This document shows, piece after piece, positions 45,890-52,344 of a stretch of DNA of 52,344 nt. A program made the position numbers and the translations under genes. This DNA comes from Alphaproteobacteria bacterium (GTDB taxonomy: Bacteria; Pseudomonadota; Alphaproteobacteria; RF32; CAG-239), in contig JAFVFH010000036.1 of the NCBI GenBank assembly GCA_017475525.1, positions 1 through 52,344 of the forward strand, written 5' to 3'. The first letter of the stretch is position 1. Every line of letters begins with the position of its first letter. Under the pieces are notes generated by a model. It ran no database searches. It was not told the DNA's origin and saw only the letters and a list, made by a program, of their open reading frames with translations.

Positions 45890-46905
45890 TGGCAAGCTTG
45901 ACAGATAAAAACACGCCGTTTTTTGCTGATGTTGCAGAATTGCTGCAAACTGCACGTTCTAAAGCATATCGGGCAGTTAATTCCATTATGGTAGAAACAT
46001 ATTGGAAAATCGGCGAGCGAATTGTCAAAGAAGAACAAAACGGTAAAAGTCGTGCTGAATATGGTGAAAAATTGATTGAAAATCTTTCGCGTTATTTAAC
46101 GGATACTTTTGGAAATGGCTTTTCTGAAGCTAATTTACAGAATTTTCGCCGCTTTTATCTGACCTTTCCCGAATTTCCTACACACTGTGTAGGGAATCTG
46201 TCTTGGTCTAATATTCGTTATATTATGCGGCTTGATAGCAAAGAAGAACGCGAATATTATATGCGTGAATCAGCTGAACAAAATTGGTCATTTCGCGTCT
46301 TAGAACGCAATATAAAGTCAGGTTATTACCATCGTTTGCTGTCAACACAGCAAAAAAATATCGCACCTATCGAAAATTTGCCGGCAGAAATTAAGGCTCA
46401 AGATTTCATCAAAGATCCATATGTTTTGGAATTTTTGGATGTGCCGGAAAATATTGAGGGCAAGGAAAGTCTTTTGGAAAAAGAGCTGATTGCGCACTTG
46501 CAAAAGTTTTTGCTCGAGCTCGGTAAGGGCTTTTCTTTTGTTGCACGCCAACAGCGTATCAGCACGGAAACAGAGCATTTCTACGCAGATTTGGTATTTT
46601 ATAACTACATTTTGAAGTGTTTTGTTGTCATAGACTTAAAAACCGACAAGTTAACGCACGCAGATATCGGGCAAATGGATATGTATGTCAGAATGTTTGA
46701 CGAATTAAAACGCGGTATTGATGACAATCCGACAATCGGTATTATTCTTTGCACGGATAAAAGCGAGACAATGGTTAAATATTCCGTTTTAAAAGAAAAT
46801 AAGCAGTTATTTGCCAGCAAATATAAAACCATTTTACCAACGGAAGAAGAGTTGGCTGATATGCTTGCCGCGGAAAATTCGCGACTTTTAGCAGATAAAT
46901 CATAA
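45889..46905 (+). CDS. DUF1016/YhcG-family PD-(D/E)XK nuclease-like protein embedded in the liv operon
   Basis: TARSKAYRAVNSIMVETYWKIGERIV. FYADLVFYNYILKCFVVIDLK (D...D-x-K core), similar to E. coli YhcG as recalled. The ATG overlaps the livG TAA (TAATG). Confidence 0.75.
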   Translation: MASLTDKNTPFFADVAELLQTARSKAYRAVNSIMVETYWKIGERIVKEEQNGKSRAEYGEKLIENLSRYLTDTFGNGFSEANLQNFRRFYLTFPEFPTHCVGNLSWSNIRYIMRLDSKEEREYYMRESAEQNWSFRVLERNIKSGYYHRLLSTQQKNIAPIENLPAEIKAQDFIKDPYVLEFLDVPENIEGKESLLEKELIAHLQKFLLELGKGFSFVARQQRISTETEHFYADLVFYNYILKCFVVIDLKTDKLTHADIGQMDMYVRMFDELKRGIDDNPTIGIILCTDKSETMVKYSVLKENKQLFASKYKTILPTEEELADMLAAENSRLLADKS

Positions 46906-46926
46906 AGATAATTGAAAGGAAATAAA

Positions 46927-48006
46927 ATGAAGAAACTGGTTTTAATTTTAAGTTGCATTTTAGCCCTTGGCGCTTGTAAGGAAGAAAAACAGGAGGTGCA
47001 GGCAAAGCCTGTCATCAAAATCGGTGCAAGCTTGCCATTATCTGGCAATATGGCCTCAATCGGCAATGCGGCGCATAAGGCCTTAATCGCTTCTTTTAAA
47101 GACATCAATCAAAATCCGAAAAATAAATATTATTACGAGTTGATAATGGAAAATGACCAAATGGATCCGAAACTGGTCAATAATATTGCCCATAAATTGA
47201 TATATAACGATAAAGTCAATGTGATTATTTCTTATTTTTCTGTTGCGAATAGAATTGTTGCTCCCATGGCTGTTAAAAACAAACTTATCAATTTTATGAT
47301 AGGTTTTGGTGACGATTCGCTTATCAGCCCTTATAATTTTCAAAACTTTTTGACAGTTGAAGCCGAAAATGAGGCTGTTGTTGAGTTTTTTAAAAAACAT
47401 AAGGTTAAAAATGTTGATTTGATTTATCAAAATATCGGTGCGGCTGACGAATTTTTAGCCCCGCTTTTGCCGAAGCTCGAAGCTGAAAATATTGGCTATA
47501 CGGTGCACCGTTTCAATAAAGGAGAGCGTGATTTTAAGATTTTGATCTCTAAAATTAAAGAATCTCCCTCCGAAGCCGTTTTCATATATGCGTTTGAGCC
47601 GGAGGCTGACATCTTGACGCAAGAAATTCGCACACAAAATCTCGAAAAATATATTGCTTATAATGATGGTTTGCCGATGACAAACAATTATTTGATTTAT
47701 GAAGGCTATTATAACATCGGCTCAATCATGACTTCTGAAAATTTGAAAAAAACATGGGGTCTTGAGGGACAAAATGCCGCTTATGCCATGTATCTTTATG
47801 ATACGGGGAAAATCATTGCTGAGGCTTATGAAAATGCACCCACGCAAAACAAAATTCCGAATGCGGATGAACTGTCAAAGTATTTGCATTCAAAACCAAA
47901 ATATTCCGGACTTGTCGGGGATTTTTGGCTTGATGAAAAAGGGCAGTTTCATTCTAAAGGACAAACCACAATTGTTAAAAACGGTCAAATGACGACAGAG
48001 GAGTAA
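46927..48006 (+). CDS. LivK-like substrate-binding lipoprotein, paralog 3
   Basis: MKKLVLILSCILALGACKEEK. IKIGASLPLSGN. Confidence 0.75.
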   Translation: MKKLVLILSCILALGACKEEKQEVQAKPVIKIGASLPLSGNMASIGNAAHKALIASFKDINQNPKNKYYYELIMENDQMDPKLVNNIAHKLIYNDKVNVIISYFSVANRIVAPMAVKNKLINFMIGFGDDSLISPYNFQNFLTVEAENEAVVEFFKKHKVKNVDLIYQNIGAADEFLAPLLPKLEAENIGYTVHRFNKGERDFKILISKIKESPSEAVFIYAFEPEADILTQEIRTQNLEKYIAYNDGLPMTNNYLIYEGYYNIGSIMTSENLKKTWGLEGQNAAYAMYLYDTGKIIAEAYENAPTQNKIPNADELSKYLHSKPKYSGLVGDFWLDEKGQFHSKGQTTIVKNGQMTTEE

Positions 48007-48009
48007 AAA

Positions 48010-49104
48010 ATGAAAAAACTGATTTTAATTTTAAGTTGTGTTTTGGCTCTTTCGGCGTTTAAGGAAGAAAAAGCTCAAACACAGGCAAAGCCTGTTATTC
48101 GGATAGGGGTAACATTGCCTTTAACAGGAGGCTTCGCGGAAACGGGGCTTTCGGCAAAAGAGGCTGTGATAATGGCTTTTGAAAAATGGCAGTCTGAAAA
48201 TACAAAATATGATTATGAATTATTTATTGAAGATGATGCATCTCAGCCTCAAAAAGCAGCCTTAAATGCACAAAATTTTATTAACACCAAAAATGTGAGC
48301 GCTATTATTTCTTTGTTTGGGATAGTTGATCGACCGATTGATGAAATTGCAAATCGCAACAAAGTGATCAGCCTTTCATGCTCTTATGGTAAAATGAATG
48401 TTCCCGAATATGGTGCAAATAATTGCATTCAAAATAAAACAGTGGCAGAAACGCTCATCCCCAAATTAAGAAAAGAAGCCATCAAAAAAATTGCACTTGT
48501 GATGGCAAACACAAATGCGAGTCTTACTGTCGGTGATTATTTTGCCGATCTTTTGCCTAAAGAGGGTTTCAAGGTTGTGGCATATGAAAAATATAATATG
48601 GATACACGCGATATGCGTATGTCAATTTTAAATATGGAGGCAAAAAATCCTGATTATTATTTGACTTTCGCAACTCGCCCTTTAACGGATATTTTTGTAA
48701 AGCAGCTTCGTGAAACAACAGGAAAAAATAATGTTGCGTCTTTTGGCAGTTTTACGGAAATGGATCCTTCTTTATTCTACTTGATTGAAGGTTTGTGGAC
48801 AATTGACACGACAGCCGGCACAGATGAATTTGAATCTGAATTTACAACAAAAACCAATCATAAACTGAAAGGATGCAGTGCCAATTCTTATGATAATCTG
48901 GATATGCTGATTTGGGCTTTTGAAAACACGCCGGTCGAAAATGGAAAGCCTATACCTGATAATATGGATGTGGTCAAAACCATTAAAAATATTAAAAATT
49001 GGAAAGGTGCAACAGGCTTGATAAGTTTTCATGATGGTGTGGCAAGTCCGAAAGCAAAATTAAAAATGTATCAAAACGGCAAATGGGAAACCATAGAGGA
49101 GTAA
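48010..49104 (+). CDS. LivK-like substrate-binding protein, paralog 4 (lipobox Cys replaced by Phe)
   Basis: MKKLILILSCVLALSAFKEEK: codon 17 is TTT where paralogs 1 and 2 have TGT. Otherwise closely similar to paralog 1. Confidence 0.75.
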   Translation: MKKLILILSCVLALSAFKEEKAQTQAKPVIRIGVTLPLTGGFAETGLSAKEAVIMAFEKWQSENTKYDYELFIEDDASQPQKAALNAQNFINTKNVSAIISLFGIVDRPIDEIANRNKVISLSCSYGKMNVPEYGANNCIQNKTVAETLIPKLRKEAIKKIALVMANTNASLTVGDYFADLLPKEGFKVVAYEKYNMDTRDMRMSILNMEAKNPDYYLTFATRPLTDIFVKQLRETTGKNNVASFGSFTEMDPSLFYLIEGLWTIDTTAGTDEFESEFTTKTNHKLKGCSANSYDNLDMLIWAFENTPVENGKPIPDNMDVVKTIKNIKNWKGATGLISFHDGVASPKAKLKMYQNGKWETIEE

Positions 49105-49109
49105 AGCTC

Positions 49110-49808
49110 ATGCTCACCTTAAAAAACATCAATGCCGGCTATGGCAAAAAGAAAGTTTTAAATGACGTGTCAGCTTCGTTCAAAGCTGATTCCATAACCG
49201 TTGTAATGGGACCGAACGGCGCCGGAAAATCAACACTCTTAAAGGTGGCTTTCGGGCTCTTAAAACCTTATAAAGGCAAAATTTTATTTGAAGACAAAGA
49301 AATTTCCCCATCGCCTCAAATGTTTGTGAAAAACGGCGTTTTTATGGTGCCTCAAGGACAGCGTGTTTTCAAAGATATGACGGTCAGAGAAAACATTGAG
49401 CTTGCCACTCATTTTTGGAAATCTCGGGCAGATTTTGAAACAGAGTTTGAGCGCGTTTTAACCTTATTTGAAGAATTAAAGCCGTTTTTGAAATTGCCTG
49501 CCGGCAATCTCTCGGGCGGTCAGCAACAAATGGTAGCTTTAGCGCGCGGTTTGATTAACAAACCCAAGATGGTTTTGTTAGACGAGCCGTCTATCGGTCT
49601 GTCGCCAAAGCTGATTAACGACACGTTTTATAAGTTAAAAGAAATCAAAGATCAAACGGGTACGTCGTTTGTGATTGTGGAACACAACCTCAAAACTCTA
49701 TTGCCGCTAACCGATTTCGCCTACATTTTAAAAGACGGCGCAGTTGTCTATGCCGGCAAATCCGAAGGTCGCGTTTTAGAACAAATGATGTCCGCCGTTT
49801 TCAAATAA
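49110..49808 (+). CDS. livF: Branched-chain amino acid ABC transporter ATP-binding protein (LivF-type)
   Basis: [47 protein letters not shown] before ATG 49110. Confidence 0.85.
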   Translation: MLTLKNINAGYGKKKVLNDVSASFKADSITVVMGPNGAGKSTLLKVAFGLLKPYKGKILFEDKEISPSPQMFVKNGVFMVPQGQRVFKDMTVRENIELATHFWKSRADFETEFERVLTLFEELKPFLKLPAGNLSGGQQQMVALARGLINKPKMVLLDEPSIGLSPKLINDTFYKLKEIKDQTGTSFVIVEHNLKTLLPLTDFAYILKDGAVVYAGKSEGRVLEQMMSAVFK

Positions 49809-49850
49809 AATTATAAAAAAAGACTTGAAATTCAAAAAAAATGGTGTATA

Positions 49851-49887
49851 AAAAGCGCAGCTTTGAAACAAAGGGCGCGCTTTTTTT
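49851..49887 (+). terminator. Hairpin plus T7 after livF / in the rpsA upstream region
   Basis: AAGCGC..CTTTG-aaa-CAAAG..GCGCGCTT followed by T7. A TTGAAA-16-TATAAA promoter-like pair lies just upstream, so its role (livF terminator or rpsA leader element) is ambiguous. Confidence 0.55.
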
Positions 49888-49953
49888 AAAGTTTGTTAAC
49901 CTCGCGCAAGTCCGCTTTTTTATAAGGTCTGGCATTTTTTGAAATATTTTTTT

Positions 49954-51636
49954 ATGACTACAGAATTTAAAATCCCTGAAACAACAGAAAACTTTGAAGA
50001 ACTTTTGAATGAACAGTTCGGCGATAAAGGTATTGTCGGCTCTGTTGTGAAAGGCACAATTATCCGTTTGACAGACGATTTTGCAACCGTTGATGTGGGC
50101 TTAAAATCAGAGGGTCGCATTCCGCTTCGCGAATTTGGCCAAAATCCTGAATTAAAGGTTGGCGATGTTGTTGAAGTGATGGTTGACAGATATGAAGACA
50201 GAGACGGCAACATTGTTTTGTCTCGTGAAAAAGCTCGTCGCCAAGAAGCTTGGGTTGAACTCGAAAAATCGATGAACGCCGGCGAGCGTGTGAACGGCAT
50301 CATCTTTGGCCGTGTTAAAGGCGGCTTTACGGTTGATTTGCAAGGTGCGATTGCTTTCTTGCCGGGCTCTCAAATTGACATTCGCCCGATTAAAGACATC
50401 ACGCCTTTGATGGGCATTTCTCAACCTTTCCAAATTTTGAAAATGGATAGAGAACGTGGTAACATCGTTGTTTCTCGCCGTGTTGTTTTGGAAGAAACAA
50501 GAGCAGAAGCAAGAGCCGAACTCATTGATGCTATCAAAGAGGGTGCTGTTTTGGACGGTATCGTTAAAAACATCACGGACTATGGTGCGTTCATTGACTT
50601 GGGCGGCGTTGACGGATTGCTCCACGTGACAGATATTTCATGGAAACGTATCAATCATCCGGCAGAAGTCTTGTCTGTTGGCCAAACAATCAAAGTTCAA
50701 GTTATCAAATTCAATGAAGATACACAACGTATCAGCCTTGGTATGAAACAACTCGAGAAAGATCCTTGGGAAGCTGTTCAAGGCAAATACCATGTCGGTG
50801 ATGTTAAGAAAGGTATTGTCACAAACATCACAGACTATGGTGCATTTGTTGAATTAGAAGACGGCATTGAAGGTTTGGTTCACGTTTCAGAAATGAGCTG
50901 GACACGCAAAAACGTTCATCCGGGCAAAATCGTTTCAACATCTGAAGAAGTTGAAGTTAAGGTTTTGGAAGTTGATCCTGAAAAGAGAAGAATCAGCCTC
51001 GGCATCAAACAATGCCAACCCAATCCGTGGGCGGCTTATGTTGCTGAGCATCCGGCCGGATCTGTTATTGAAGGCACAATCAAAAACATCACAGAATTTG
51101 GTTTGTTTGTCGGCTTAACAGATGAAATCGACGGCATGATTCACCTTTCAGACCTCGCATGGGGCGAAAGCGGCGAAGAAGCTGTTAAAAATTATGAAAA
51201 AGGCCAAACAATCAAAGCCAAAATCATCGACGTTGATGTTGAAAAAGAGCGTATCAGCTTAGGCGTCAAACAACTCGATGAAAACAATGCCGCTCTTGCT
51301 TTAGAAAACTTGAAGAAGGGCGATAACGTTAAAGCTATTGTCACCGGTATCGATGAAAAAGGCTTGAATGTTGAAGTTGAAGGCATTCCGGCTTTGATTA
51401 AGAAAGCTGATCTTTCAAAAGATAAAGAAGGCCAAAACCTTGAAAATTATCACGAAGGCGATGTTTTGGAAGCAAAACTCACTTCTGTTGATAAGAAAAA
51501 CGGTAAACTCGGCGTTTCAGTCAAAGCTTTTGAAATCGAAGAAGAAAAGAAGGCTTTGGAAGAATATTCAAATTCCAACACAGCCAACACTTCTTTGGGT
51601 GACGCTTTAGGCGAAGCTTTGAAAAAAGCCAACTAA
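49954..51636 (+). CDS. rpsA: 30S ribosomal protein S1
   Basis: Six S1 repeats (G..V.G.V..I...GAF(V/I)(D/E)L). Start at MTTEFKIPE (ATG 49954); the 49939 start in the ORF track is TTG. Confidence 0.95.
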   Translation: MTTEFKIPETTENFEELLNEQFGDKGIVGSVVKGTIIRLTDDFATVDVGLKSEGRIPLREFGQNPELKVGDVVEVMVDRYEDRDGNIVLSREKARRQEAWVELEKSMNAGERVNGIIFGRVKGGFTVDLQGAIAFLPGSQIDIRPIKDITPLMGISQPFQILKMDRERGNIVVSRRVVLEETRAEARAELIDAIKEGAVLDGIVKNITDYGAFIDLGGVDGLLHVTDISWKRINHPAEVLSVGQTIKVQVIKFNEDTQRISLGMKQLEKDPWEAVQGKYHVGDVKKGIVTNITDYGAFVELEDGIEGLVHVSEMSWTRKNVHPGKIVSTSEEVEVKVLEVDPEKRRISLGIKQCQPNPWAAYVAEHPAGSVIEGTIKNITEFGLFVGLTDEIDGMIHLSDLAWGESGEEAVKNYEKGQTIKAKIIDVDVEKERISLGVKQLDENNAALALENLKKGDNVKAIVTGIDEKGLNVEVEGIPALIKKADLSKDKEGQNLENYHEGDVLEAKLTSVDKKNGKLGVSVKAFEIEEEKKALEEYSNSNTANTSLGDALGEALKKAN

Positions 51637-51652
51637 TAAGCTTTAAGCAGAC

Positions 51653-51686
51653 AAAAAAAGACCGGGCATTTGCTCGGTCTTTTTTT
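51653..51686 (+). terminator. Rho-independent terminator after rpsA
   Basis: GACCGGGC-attt-GCTCGGTC followed by T7. Confidence 0.8.
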
Positions 51687-51721
51687 GCTTTACATTTTCA
51701 AAATTTTATGACATAATCAAA

Positions 51722-51879
51722 AATGTAACCAAAATGGTTGCGGTGTTTCATTAACATCTATTCTACCGAAACTCCTTTTTTGAGGAGTTGGTGATATAAG
51801 GTTTCACGAATAAGCCAAGCTGTCGGTAGAACAGTTAATGAGCTCCTCCATTTTGAGTTTTTCAAAATGGATTTTTTTT
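51722..51879 (+). promoter_or_regulatory. Structured leader RNA, copy C
   Basis: Promoter TTTACA(51689-51694)-17-CATAAT(51712-51717). Hairpins AACCA/TGGTT and TGTT/AACA. AACTCC/GGAGTT. GATATAAG..CGAATAAG. CTGT/ACAG. AGCTCCTCC. Terminator TCCATTTTGA/TCAAAATGGA plus T8. Confidence 0.7.
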
Positions 51880-51928
51880 GTAAACATCATACTGAACTCG
51901 TTTCAGCATCTAATTAAGGAGAAATAAT

Positions 51929-52344
51929 ATGAAAAAATTAGTTTTTATTTTTTGGGTGGTTGTTATGTTATTATCTTTTAATACAATGGCTAAAGTAACT
52001 GGTGGTAGTTGTTCCAATGATGGATGTCAATGGTCATATAACAGTGATACCAAAGAACTGACAATTACAGGAAACGGCGCGAGTGTTATGGATAACTATA
52101 CGCCATATTCTAAAGAAAATCCTGTTCCGTGGGCTGCTTATCATGAGGAAATTGAAAGCGTTTCTGTCAGCGGATTAAAATCAACCGGAGATAGAGCTTT
52201 TCTTTTTCATACGGCATTGACAGATGTTTCACTTTCTGAAGGATTGCAGACATTAAATTTTGGTGCTTTTTATGGCGCAAGCAGTTTGGAAAACGTCAAT
52301 CTTCCTGCCTCACTAACACAAATCGGTGATAGAGCTTTCCACCA
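51929..52344 (+). CDS. Secreted BspA-type LRR protein, 5' part only (runs off the window)
   Basis: AAGGAG RBS and signal peptide. CSNDGCQWSYNSDTKELTITGNG...PVPWAAY opening followed by LRR_5-like repeats. The C-terminus is not visible. Confidence 0.75.
   Translation, partial: MKKLVFIFWVVVMLLSFNTMAKVTGGSCSNDGCQWSYNSDTKELTITGNGASVMDNYTPYSKENPVPWAAYHEEIESVSVSGLKSTGDRAFLFHTALTDVSLSEGLQTLNFGAFYGASSLENVNLPASLTQIGDRAFH

Noticed and set aside
36748-49953. 13-kb interval between cmk and rpsA as a genomic island
   Set aside because: cmk and rpsA are adjacent in many bacteria. However, the interval contains core genes (ettA, rpmJ, liv operon, ampD-like) and no integrase, tRNA or flanking repeats, so rearrangement of core genes is more likely than an island.
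51722-51879. Identity of the 4-copy leader as a c-di-GMP riboswitch
   Set aside because: c-di-GMP riboswitches often precede pilin and adhesin genes, so this was considered. The conserved blocks here (GAnAUAAG, CGAAUAA, CUGU/ACAG, GGAG/CUCC) do not resemble the GEMM-I or class II consensus features I can recall. The class is left open pending a covariance-model search.

Overview
The window is 52.3 kb of low-GC bacterial chromosome. Gene content suggests an alphaproteobacterium: ruvA-ruvB-ybgC, stand-alone rpmJ, an ELM1/DUF1022 gene, an RquA-like gene, yejB and an AMIN-domain amidase. This taxonomic call is inference only. The housekeeping backbone is yejB, an amidase, rne, an M48/TPR protease, rpmI-rplT-pheS-pheT-proS, ybgC-ruvB-ruvA, rsmE, cmk, ettA, rpmJ, a liv-type ABC operon and rpsA. 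Cell-surface and accessory genes are interleaved with it. Main observations follow. (1) An unclassified ~160-nt structured leader RNA occurs four times, each with its own sigma70-like promoter and an intrinsic terminator. It precedes three BspA-type LRR surface-protein genes and a type IV pilin-like gene, and compensatory base changes support a long-range helix that competes with a 5' hairpin. (2) Four complete secreted paralogs end in the same hydrophilic 25-aa tail (KRIYTIEEATKVSKPTGNTFKLRYK), which may be a sorting or anchoring tag. A fifth, 3'-truncated paralog runs off the window end. (3) There are two very cysteine-rich secreted proteins; one contains near-perfect 102-bp tandem repeats. 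(4) Between ruvA and a porin gene lies an AT-rich insert with a duplicated cassette: conserved promoter, small uORF, variable small ORF, and conserved 3' block with terminator. One cassette copy carries a G9 tract in its promoter spacer, and the two copies flank a DUF4143 AAA ATPase gene. (5) A membrane-spanning triad is present: retropepsin-like lipoprotein, transglutaminase-like 7TM protein and ATP-grasp ligase. (6) There is a probable RquA (rhodoquinone) gene. (7) The liv operon has four tandem substrate-binding paralogs and an embedded DUF1016 PD-(D/E)XK nuclease gene. No tRNA or rRNA genes, CRISPR arrays, transposases or integrases were seen.
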